From the NCBI GenBank assembly GCA_038087875.1, contig CM075992.1, positions 7,690,001-7,754,000 of the forward strand: a stretch of DNA of 64,000 nt. Direction: 5' to 3'. The translations under genes and the position numbers were made by a program. Position 1 is the stretch's first letter. Every line of letters begins with the position of its first letter. This stretch comes from Malacoraja senta (lineage: Eukaryota). Of the stretch, positions 25,250 through 36,340 are shown in pieces. The notes under the pieces are model-generated. The model saw only the letters and a program-made list of their open reading frames with translations. It was not told the DNA's origin and searched no databases.

Positions 25250-25580
25250 ATCCAACCTTTCTGTCCTGGGCCTCCTCCATGGTCAGAGTGAATCCCACTG
25301 CAAATTGGAGGAGCAGCACCTCATATTTGGCTTGGGTAGTTTACACCCCAGTGGCATGAACATTGACTTCTCCAATTTCAGGTAGTCCTTGCTTTCTCCT
25401 TCCTTCCCCTCCCCTTCCCAGCTCTCCCACAGCCTACTATCTCCGCCTCTTCCTTTATTTTTCCCGCCCCCCCCTCCCCTCATCAGTCTGAAGAAGGGTC
25501 TCGACCCGAAACGTCGCCTATTCCTTCGTTCCACAGATGCTGCCTCACCCACTGAGCTTCTCGAGCATTTTTGTCTACCT
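25250..25580 (+). mobile_element. Penelope-like retroelement 3' fragment (GIY-YIG C-terminus + pLTR)
   Basis: LSVLGLLHGQSESHCKLEEQHLIFGLGSLHPSGMNIDFSNFR*, then a pyrimidine-rich tract and CTGAAGAAGGGTCTCGACCCGAAACGTC. Confidence 0.88.
25484..25520 (+). ncRNA. Minimal type I hammerhead ribozyme-like motif of the Penelope pLTR
   Basis: CUGAAGA (25488-25494), extra A, stem II GGGU-CUCG-ACCC, GAAA (25508-25511), CGUC. Helix III is reduced to palindromic ACGU; helix I is weak. Confidence 0.65.
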
Positions 25581-26876
25581 AACATGAACGATTAAGTCAG
25601 TCTTCACAGACACTGCCTGACCTTGGATTCATCCAGCATTTTCTGTTTTGTTCTAAGTTCTAAAATTGTCCTCTTTTTGATTCCTTCAGCATAATTCTAA
25701 CAGCAAACACATCTTACACCTCCTTCTTTTTTTGGCATCCCTAAGGAACTGTTCTTTCCAGGATATTGACTTCGTTTCCGTCATCACTAATACAGACTTC
25801 CCTTCCTGTAGCATTGTCCTGTGCAATCACAGCAGATGTAACACCTGTCCTTCCATAAAATGTATTCCATTCCCTCATGTATGGCTCCACCCAGACTGAT
25901 CTTTGTCCATTTCATTGTCCCCTTTGTGGCTTGCAAAGTCAAGCAAGTCAAAAGTGTTTAATTGTTATCCCTTGTATCATTTAATCTTTAGCTTTTTGAT
26001 CTTTTTAGACAATAGACAATAGGTACAGGAGTAGGCCATTCGGCCCTTCGAGCCATTCAATGTGATCATGGCTGATCATCCCCAATCTTACCTCTCCTAT
26101 TGATCTTACCTCTCCTCTCCCTTCCACTGTAAATTATATTTTCCCAATTAAGATGAAAGGTCTCAACCCGAAATATTCCATAGGTTCTGCCTCACTTGTT
26201 CAGTATTCCAATAGCGCCTATCTTCCACACCCTTGCACTAATCTACAGTCGCAGGAGCTGACAGTGGGAAGGGCATCTGGACAGCCTCCAAACAGAAATT
26301 CCAACAGATAAATAACAATGTCACTCAATTAGATCATTACTTTCTTTATGAGGGCTATATACCTAGTATGCCTAATTTTATTTGAACACATATTATTTCA
26401 CTGGAAAAGATTCACTGATTGAATTCTTGCACCAACCATTCTCAGGGGCCACTTTATAGTATGCGGTCACCAAGCAGTAAGTTATGATCCAGAAATAAAG
26501 CTAACAACATTACATGATTAACAGTCATGAAAGTTTATGATCACTTTATTGCGGTTGCATAGGATAACTATAATTTCTAACTTTAATTAAGCAAATGTAA
26601 TTTATTCCCTATGGTCCAAACTCAAACATCTACACAATCCCACTCAATCATTGTTTTCTCCATATCTTCATGCCTTATCATCGTTTTTTTTGTTTATTGA
26701 ATATATCAAAAATGCAGTTTTTAATGTTTATTCCCAATACAATTGTCCTTCAAAAAGGATCACTGAAATATGACATGCACTCTACACAATATTATTACAA
26801 CTCTTTTTTATTATCTTGTAAAGTCCACTGAGATTCCTTAACTGTTTATACATACAGGATTAACAAGGAGCCTTAC

Positions 26877-27036
26877 CTGAATTGGGCGTGGAAGGAGAAT
26901 TTGCTTGACTCCCTTGCTGAGCTACCACAGTTGTGGCATCTGCAGCGGTTTTGGCTGCATAAAGATTGGCCTCCTCCTGGAATTTTCCAATATTCTTCTT
27001 ATACCTTATCCGTTTATTACCAAACCAATTCGACAC
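26877..27036 (-). CDS. PBX4: PBX exon 6 equivalent (homeodomain helix 3 and C-terminal extension)
   Basis: [53 protein letters not shown](G); WFGN is diagnostic of PBX. Acceptor aataccAG, donor GTAAGG, 160 bp. Confidence 0.97.
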
Positions 27037-28411
27037 CTGGTATTTGCAAGACAAGATGAATTAGTGACCTGCATTTAATAAACCGTGTGATAGAAAATAG
27101 ATAGAAATTTAAGACAGACCAAATTAATAGGTGGCACAGGAGTTTGCACAATGTTTATTCAAAAACATAACTATGATCTGAAATTAAATGCATACAAGTG
27201 GCAAATTATTTTTGAAACAATATTTCTGAAATTGGTTTCATACGCCCCTTTAAGAAGGTAAAGATGTGCTCAGGAATGACTCCATGAGTATCAGCTGCCC
27301 TCCAGTCTTCACTGCAAACCAAGACTGCAAGGTGCTGTCTATTTTCTTGTGTAATGTCATCGCAACCAAACCCAACCCTACCATCACTTGACATTCATGT
27401 TGCAGCAAGCGTCAGTTGTGATTTGCAAGAAAAGTTATTTACCTCTTCATTCCCTAATTTATGAAACTGAATGATAGCTTTTCTTTAATTGCTATACCCA
27501 AATCAAATGAGTAAATTCAGTAGACTGGGAAACAGAGGAGTCTCTTTGTTGGTTAACCACAGGGTACTGAGTTCTTTCTTCATTGCTTGGACTGGCGATT
27601 CTGTTACTTATCTTGAAAATCCAACATTCCAGTCAATGAACTTAAAGAATTCCCTCATATCATTGCTATTTGCTGAGGTAGAGAATAATAGAATCAAAAT
27701 GAATTCTTCCAGTTGGTTTTCATGTTAAGAGGATGAATGGATATTTATGATCTTGTGAATGGCTATTCCGTAATCCTTTTTTAAAAACATTTTCACCTAT
27801 ATTTAGCTTCTACTAGAATAATATGTCAACAGTCCTAATAGAATATATTTATTAATTCTGGGCAGTTCACGTCCCAGAATGTTAAATAAAAGATGAGGAC
27901 AAAACGCTTGTTTTCCATATGTATCTTTGGTCTCAGATTTTGTTTTGGTGCAGAGTGATGGGATCCTAAAAGCGCAAGTGTGTTGGAAGCATTCATGGCT
28001 GAAAGTTGGATTGCACCTTTGTCATCTGTCACAATCAACAACCCAATATCTGCCTCTCCAACACCACTCTACTCCATCCTCTTCATTGCCTTTAACACTA
28101 TTACCAAATCAGAAATTGAATAAAAGTGATGATATTTTACACTTGGTGATAAAATGTGACCTGGGCAGTTCCTAATGAACATATGAAAATTCAGTCCTGC
28201 AATCAGAAAGCTGCATGGAAAGAGAGGCTGCCGAGAAGAGGGAGACAAGTCCCAGATCCTCTGAAAGGGACGTAAATGTTCTTCTGTTAGAGGTTAATTC
28301 AAGTGCGCTGTGGGGTGTTGGGGGGAAATTAATGACTTGGATTTGACTGTAGAGATTACGATTAAGAGATTTGGCAACAGGGGTGCCAATCCTTTTGATA
28401 TGAAGAAAGTA

Positions 28412-29023
28412 CCGTATTTCCCGGCAATGAAGACGCACCTGCGTCGAAGACGCACCCCCATTTTGAGTTGCTACATTTTGAAAAAAGGCTGGTGGGACAG
28501 GATCAAGGGTTTGGTTTAGAGAGGAAGATGTGAAACACCTTCAAGAGGGACAGGGCAGCCAGCCTTCCGCCCAGTAGCTACCCGCCAACCACCACCTCCA
28601 CCGGTTGCGCCGAAGGACACCGTGGCTGGCTGGCAGGCCGGCCAGCAGAAGGCGCTCAGGTGGCAGCCGGTCCCGCTGTCCGGTCCCGGCAGCGGCTCGC
28701 AGCCACCCGAGCTACTGAGTGAGATGTGGCATGATCCTCAACCCCCTCCTTCTCAAAGCTCCTGCCCTCTCCGCAGCTTTACCCCAGGCGGCCCAGCCGT
28801 GCTGACCCGGACCAGACTCCCCACACGCTGTGGAAGGAACTTTCCCCCCTCCCCCCCCCCCCCCCCCCCCCAGCGGTGATGTCCTTTGCCAGCCGCTGTA
28901 CTGAGGGATAGCCAAGTCTATCTTTCCTGGCTAACAATCTAACCTTCGGCCTCCAAGACGCAGGTAAATTTTCGGGCCTTATTTTAGGGTAAAAAATAGC
29001 ATCTTCATTGCCAGGAAATACAG
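28412..29023. mobile_element. Non-autonomous pogo/mariner-type element
   Basis: TA|CCGTATTTCCCGGCAATGAAGACGC...GCATCTTCATTGCCAGGAAATACAG|TA; 25-bp TIR differing by three CpG-type transitions; GC-rich interior. Confidence 0.88.
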
Positions 29024-29431
29024 TAAGTTCCATATTTCCTTAAAACACAGAAATGGGGCCATTCAGCCCGTCCTTCATGCTGACATTCAGAGCAATTCAT
29101 CAATATAAATCATACCTGAAACTCGTCAAGAACAAAACCTGCACATTTTGTTTAAATATGACAAAAACTTCCAATTTTCCGAATAGTAATTGTCCAATCA
29201 ATTCATGTTTGACATTGAGGTCGGACGCAAATTGACCAATCCCACGCTTTGTTTTATGGTCACTAGGCAGCAAGGACCCTGGGATCATGGCTGCCTCCTC
29301 ATTACATCAGTAGCAATAACAAGGTTTCCAAGGAATAAAGATAATGCTAACCTTGCTGATCATTTTGTTTTTCAATTGATTTAGTTATGTTGTGAACTGT
29401 TAAAGAAAAATGATAAATAACAAATGTACAG

Positions 29432-30060
29432 CTAGGGTTAGGATTAGGGTTAGGGTCAGTCGGTCGGGCTTGTCGGTAGGCCGATGGATGCTGTGGAGGA
29501 TCGGTCGGGCTATCGGTCCGCCGCTGGATGGTGAGAGTGGTTGGACGGCCTGTGAGTGCTGCGAGGGGTCGGTCGGGCTGTCGGCCCACCAGTGGATGCT
29601 GCGAGGGGTCGGTCGGGTTGTCGGAAGGCCGGCGAGTGCTGCGAGGGGTCGGTCGGGCTGTCGGCCAGCCAGTGTTGCAGCGAGCGAGCGGGCGGACTGA
29701 CGGAGCCGGCGCTATGGGGGTGCTGAAGGCGGCCCGGGCGGCATGCATGGCAGTGCTGCTCCCCACCATCATCATCACTACGATCCAGAAGGGCATGCTG
29801 GCCGAGGTGGACTCGCTGAGCGGCCACACGTACGGAGCCCGCAGGCGGTCCCAAAGCGGCTCCAGCTCCAGCCGTGGGCAGCTCTGGAAGGGGGGCGAGT
29901 TAGGGTTAGTATAGGGTTAGGCATTTTCCTCTCAGTGGAAGATGCCTTAGCCTTCCCCCAGCCTGGCACTACCCCAGTCCCACTATGGCCGTGACCCCTA
30001 CTCTGCACACTGGCAGTCAGTGGGGTTCAGTAAACGGGGGAACCCAGAGGAACTGCCCTC
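29432..30060. mobile_element. GC-rich unclassified element with TTAGGG repeats, about 41-bp tandem repeats and a coding-like segment
   Basis: Degenerate TTAGGG arrays at about 29434-29456 and 29900-29921; about 5 copies of GCTGCGAGGGGTCGGTCGGGCTGTCGG; abrupt GC/CpG shift against AT-rich flanks. Confidence 0.6.
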
Positions 30061-31203
30061 ACCCATTAATTAGGCTGGTTCAGGAGCCGGACCTCTGCGG
30101 CAGTCTCATTAAAAAAACACACACAATTACATATTCACAAGTTATATATATGTATATATATATATATATGGTATAATAATATATAGTTTAAATAGACTAC
30201 AACACGGAAATAGGCATGGTGTAATATGGGCATTGGACACTGGATGGCGCTTACTTTTTTGATCTCATTTTCTAATTAGTTTAAGTAAGTAAGTAAGTAA
30301 GTTTATTGGCCATGTATTCACATACAAGGAATTTGCCTTGGTGCTCTGCCCACAAGTAACAACATGACATACAGTGTCACAGACATACATTAATTAATTA
30401 ATGTGCATCTTTTGGCACTGAAGAGTTATGACTTCTCAATTATATTTTATCTAAATCTGTGCAAAATTTAATGTAGTTCCGAGACATGGGTCACGAAAGT
30501 TGATTTCTAGACAAATGTTTGATGCTCGGCCCACAGCCTATTTCTGTTTTGTAAGTTCCTTTGTAGTTCCTTGGAAGAATTACATATTAGCAGTAACTAT
30601 TAAATCAGATGGTTGATGAGCACTACCAGGCAGTGGTACAAAATATACCATGAATGTCACTTAAAGCTGACTAAGCAACATCGATTCATTCAAATAAAAC
30701 CAAACATTGCTTAAAATCAAGTTTGCTTGAATAATGATAATGAGGATTTTCCTATCTCTTGTACTTAAACTTATTTTCATAGTTTCTGCAAAGTTTTCTG
30801 AACATTTCAAACTCCCCAGAAACAATGCAGACACAAGAACCTACAGATGCTGAAATCTTGAGCAAAAAATGCTGGAGGAACTCAGTGGACCAGGCAACAT
30901 CTGTAGAGGGAATGGAGAGATGACGTCTTGGGTGGGAAACTTTCCCAAAATGTAATCTGTCCATTTCCCTGCACAAATGTTGCCTGGTCCGTTGAATTCC
31001 TTCAGTACATGGTTTTTCCCCAGCAACAATGCAGCTTAATCTCTGAGAAGACCACGACAATGCAATCCCCAGGACTCTTGCAGCCCCTCAATACAGATGT
31101 TCCCAAAATTGCACTCTGCCGTGGCAATTGCTCGATGCTTTAAGAGGACAATCACAACAGTCCAACTATGATAATATCAGCAGGCAATTAGCCACTGCTG
31201 ATG

Positions 31204-31477
31204 GTTTAGTTTTAGTTTAGAGATACAGCGTGGAAACAGGCCATTCGGCCCACCGAGTCCACGCTGACCATCAATACACTAGTTTTATTTTTCACATTAG
31301 GGGCAATTTACAGAAGCCAATTAACCTACCAACCTGCGCGTCTTTGGAAAATGGGAGGAAACCGGAGCACCCAGAGAAAACCCATGCGATCACAGGGAGA
31401 ATGTACAAATTCCGTACACACATAATCAGGATTGAACCCGGGCGTTGTAAGGCAGCAACTCTACCACTGCACCACCC
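31204..31477 (-). mobile_element. V-SINE (HE1-like)
   Basis: Reverse complement of the family at 4641..4950, with (TTTAG)n tail and A/B boxes. Confidence 0.87.
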
Positions 31478-32341
31478 TAAATGGTCTCAATAGTTATCAT
31501 AAACATGGGCCATTCAATCTAACCTTTGGCAAGGTGACCAAACCAGTGCCTCACCCCAGCTGCAGTAACCCCACACTGCTATCGCCACCCAGATTCCCTT
31601 GGAAATCAAGTATAGTAAAAGCAATGGTCTGACCTTTGCATTGTGACTTTTGTTGAAATTGTATGTCTAAGATAATGGATTTAAAATACAATGATCTTAA
31701 TTAATTATATTACAGCACATCCAAGATAACATAAAAACTTAATTACACAAAATATTAACATGCCTATGTGTAAAAAGTTGAAAAAGACATCAACAACTAC
31801 AAGTTTAAAGGAAGTGTTAGCAAACCTTTTCATTTCATGAAAAGTTATATGCAATCAGAGTTAAATATGGCTTACCAAATGTAGGATAGATATAATGTGA
31901 TGAAAAGGAATTGCAGATGCTGATTTATACCAAAGGCATAAAATGCTGGAGTAACTCTGCAGGACAGGCTTCATCTTTGGAGAACATGCATAGATGACGT
32001 TTCGGGTCGGGACCCTTCTACAGACTGATTGGAGGCGAGTATGTAGGACAGATATGTTGATTAAGAAAATGTTTACTGGTGTCAGGAGGGTTGCAGAAAG
32101 ATCATCAAACAAAGCTATATAGTTGAAATGAGAAACAAGAAATGTAATCACCTTGTTGGAAGAGTGTTTAAAGTAATTAGTGGGATAAGAATAAATATAT
32201 GGATGTACCTGAGAAGTGCAAAAAAAAGTGTTAACTATTTTAACTTTTACCGGGATAATAAAAGAGGCAGAAGGAATTCCATAGTTGAAACATTCAACAG
32301 AACTAACAAGTCCAACAAGAGATGGGGGGGAATTGGACTTA

Positions 32342-32654
32342 AAGCCCTGTCCCACGGGTACGAGTTCATTCCAAGAGCTCTCCCGAGTTTGCCCTGATTC
32401 GAACTCAGAGATTTACGGAATGGTCGGTACTCGGGGCTCTCGTGGACATTTTTCATCATGTTGAAAAATCTTCACGAGTCTTCCCGTGCTTACCTGCCGT
32501 TAGCGAGTCTTCCCGAGTACCTGCCGTTAGCGCTAAGAGACGTCCCTGAGCTCCGACGTACCCGCTACGTTCATTCTCCGTGCTTACCATGAGTTTGATT
32601 TTTTTTAAACTCGGGAGAGCTCTTGGAGTGAACTCGTACCGTGGGACAGGGCTA
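32342..32654. mobile_element. PIF/Harbinger-type MITE
   Basis: TIRs of about 48 bp (AGCCCTGTCCCACGGGTACGAGTTCATTCCAAGAGCTCTCCCGAGTTT and its inverse); TTA on both sides. Confidence 0.85.
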
Positions 32655-34829
32655 TTAGTTTCAAGAAATAAACCTTAACATGGAAAGAGTGATGTTGGGA
32701 GAGCATTTTGAAAGTGATATTTGGAATTACGAAAAAGATTTCTGAGACAGTATAAATCAACAATTAGAAAGACAAATGAAGGATTGGCATTGACCTGAAC
32801 TATTAAGTTTATCTCTCTGTCTCTCGCTCCACAGTTGCAGACTGAGCAATTGTCGTCCTTAACCAAATAGGTGGGTTGATCGTGAATTTGTTGCAGTATT
32901 CATAGATTTTAATAAGGGAAACTTATAAAAATGCACATGAAATGTTAACTGTTTCTCCTTCTCTAGATACTGCCTGACCCATTGAATGTTGCTCACCTTT
33001 TCCGTTTTTGTTTCAGATTTCCAGCATATGTAGTTTTTTCATTTTAGTTACAATCACTATTGGAGATGGTCACTGCCCGAGAATTTTGTGACGTTAATGA
33101 AACTTGTCACTTATCAACCCATGCCTTGCTGCACAGAGGACTGCTTCATTTAGTAAAGAGTATGGACTGAAAGATCATGTAAGGTGTTTCAGATGGCACA
33201 GAGATACATGATTTTATTGATTGCTTAGAACAATGCCATGTTACAACTGTTTAAAATACTAGAATACAACACGAGTTCTGTGTTAAACAAGCTGCAGACG
33301 GATGTGAAAGAGAGAGTGCTGACAAGATTTTCAAAGATGTCACAGTGGAGAACAAAATACTAGAAGAGATTGGCTAGACTGGGCTTGTTTTCTTTTAAAC
33401 TATGGAGAATGAGGATAGACAATAGAGTGCACACAATTTAGGGTCCTGGATAGGCTGAACAAAAAGGATTTAATTCCTTTGCCTTGAAAGTTGATAATTA
33501 GGTGAGATAAATTTGTTAACTGGTAGAAGAAACAGAGGGAAGTTGGGGAATATTTTTAAGCCAAAGAATAAAAAACACCATGAGTCAAATGGCAACCTTG
33601 CACGCCATTATTTGCTGTGGTTCTATTAACACAATGAGATACCCAAGTATAATGATAGAGCAGTTAGTACTAACATCACACAGCTCCGGTGATGCAGGTT
33701 CCATCCTGAATCTGGTTTGAGTCTTAATTACATGTGGTTTTTTAATATTAGTGATTTCCAAATGTCTTTTGACATTCTTGATAGCCAATCAGCCTGGGGC
33801 ACATCTCAACAGATTGTCAAAGAAGTTTGGCAGATTAGTTTTGGTAACGGGTAAAATAAAACAATGAGGATCTAGTGGACAGCTCTTGAAACCAGGTGTG
33901 AAAACTGCAAAGCTTGATTAACTCTCACTCCTTGTTTGTTTTTTAATGCAATTTTCAATTTTGTACAACCTGTTCATTTTACATGTGCAGCAGCTGCACG
34001 CCTGAGGTGAGCGTAGTGTTGTGAAAGGTTAGTGCCAGGAGAAGCTAACCTGCACCTCTTAAAGGATAAGCATCCCGTGGTCACAGCTGGGGCCTTCCTT
34101 TAACTTAGTTTGCCCTAAGTGACAATGAATGATGCAAAATATGGGAGTGAGTTGAAAATTTTCCACAGCAATGGAAGAGATTTTGACAAAGCAAATGGGA
34201 AAAAAAAAGAGATGTGATTAGTTTGCTGGGGCTCAGGATGGCCTTCAGACAAACTCTCCAAACGCAGTAGAATCAGACAGCTGCAAAAAACACGGGAAAC
34301 ACTTAGTATGTCAGGCAGTATCTGGGAATAAGAACCAGAATTAATGTATCAGGTTGATGAACTGGAAAAAAGAGAAAATTAGATGGTTTTAGGTTGAGGG
34401 AGGGAAGGGAGTTTTTTAATCTCAATTATGGGACCCTGGTCTCCATTGAAACTGGCAATACAAGAGTAAGGAAATTATGAGAACCTTTAGAAGAAAATGG
34501 TTTGGTCACAATTGAAGCAATGCATCCAGTTCTGAGTGATATACTTTTAGGGAGATATAAAATCTTTGAACGGGATGTAAAATAGATTTACAATGAAGGA
34601 TGCCTTGACTGGTAACTAATGTGACAGTAAAATCAAAACTAGTCTCCTAGTCACAAGTATTTAAGAAGGGACTCACCAATACATAATTGGATTTATATGC
34701 CACTGTGACGTTTGAATTGTAAGGTCGCTAATTGCTACAATGTTCCTTCTGCATATCATTTGTCCAATTATTAGCAGCTTCCATTGGAGGATGAGTAGCA
34801 GCAGATGAAGAGTAGGCAATGTAATGTAG

Positions 34830-36340
34830 AAACAAGGAACTACTACAGGTGCTAGTTTTTTTTTTTTTTAAGACAGTGCTGGAGTAACTCAGCCGGTCAG
34901 GCAGCATCTCTGAAGAGCATGGCTAGGTGACGTTTTGTGTCGGGACTCTTCTGTACACTGATTGTAAGGGGAGGATGGGGGCTTAGGAGGAGAGCAGGGG
35001 CAGGACAAAGCCTGGCAGGTAACAGGTTGATACAGGTGAAGGGAGTTGTTGATAGGCTGGTGGTTGGACAAAGGCCACCGATGAAAAGGCAGAAGGTATG
35101 ATACAAGAGGATTGAAGAGTTGCAAATTGTGAGCTAGAGGAAGGGATGGAGGTAGATGGAGAGAAATAGGTTCAAGTCCAGGTGGGGCACAGTGGGGAGG
35201 GGGTGTCGGAGAAGGGTTTTGGGTGGAGAAGAGTGAGGGAAGGTTGTAGTTTCCTAAAACTAGAGAATTCAATGTTTATACTGTTGGGTTGTAAGTTACC
35301 CAAGCAGAATATGAGGTGCTGTTCCTCCAGTTTGTGTGTGGTCTTACTCTGGTAATAGAAGAGGCCCAGGACAGAAAAATGAGTACGGCAATGGGTAGAG
35401 GAGTTAAAATGCTTAGCAACTGGGAGATCCAGTAGGCCTTGGCAGACCTAGAGCAAGAGTTTGGCTAAAAGGTCACTGAGTCTACGTTTTGTCTTGCCGA
35501 AGTACAGAAGACCACACTACAGGAAAACCGGATGCAGTAGATAAGGTTAGTGGCGGTGCACCTGAACCCCTGTCTCACCTGGAAGTACTGATGGGGGCCA
35601 TGGATGGAGGTGAGGGAGGGGTTATAGGGACGGGCGTTTCATCTCGTTCAGTTGCAGGGGAAAGTACCTGGGGAGGGGGCGATTTGGATGGAGTGAACAA
35701 AGGAGTAGCAGAGGGAGCGGTCCCTGCTGAAAGCGGAAATGGTGGGAATGGGAAGATATAACTGGTGGTGTGATCATGTTGGAGGTAATGGAAATGTCGG
35801 AAGATGATTGTTAAGGGTTTGGACACGGTAGAGGCAGGAAACATGTTCCCGATATTGGGGGAGTCCAGAACCAGGGGCCACAGTTTAAGAATAAGGAGTA
35901 AGCCATTTAGAACGGTGACGAGGAAACACTTTTTCTCACAGAGAGTGGTGAGTCTGTGGAATTCTCTGCCTCAGAGGGCGGTGGAGGCCGGTTCTCTGGA
36001 TGCTTTCAAGAGAGAGCTAGATAGGGCTCTTAAAGATAGCGGAGTCAGGGGATATGGGGAGAAGGCAGGAACGGGGTACTGATTGGGGATGATCAGCCAT
36101 GATCACATTGAATGGCGGTGCTGGTTCGAAGGGCCGAATGGCCTACTCCTGCACCTATTGTCTATGATGTGATGGATGCGGTGGCTGATAGGGTGAAAGG
36201 CGAGGACCAAGGGAACTGTATTCTTCCATCGGGGGAGCGAAGGCAGAACTCCAGGACACAGAGGAAAGGCGATAAAACAATCCATCTATAACAGCAGGAG
36301 TGCTTGGTTCATCATGGTTGTGTAGTATCATCTCTCTGAC
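34830..36340 (-). mobile_element. Penelope-like retroelement fragment (linker + GIY-YIG + pLTR), interrupted by CR1
   Basis: Minus-strand pieces VPLVLAFHPISHRIHHI / IFRHFHYLQHD, NLIYCIR, GLLYFGKTKRRL and KLEEQHLIFCLG; pLTR remnant at about 34830-34960. Confidence 0.85.
35809..36163 (+). mobile_element. CR1 3' fragment inserted in Penelope
   Basis: ORF 35804..36082 is the CR1 C-terminus; tail CCTATTGTCTAT; apparent TSD ATGAT (35804-35808 and 36164-36168). Confidence 0.93.

Noticed and set aside
29743..29994. His-rich ORF (MHGSAAPHHHHH...)
   Set aside because: Alternate frame of a short ATC/CAT run; the third-position bias favours the frame starting at 29714.
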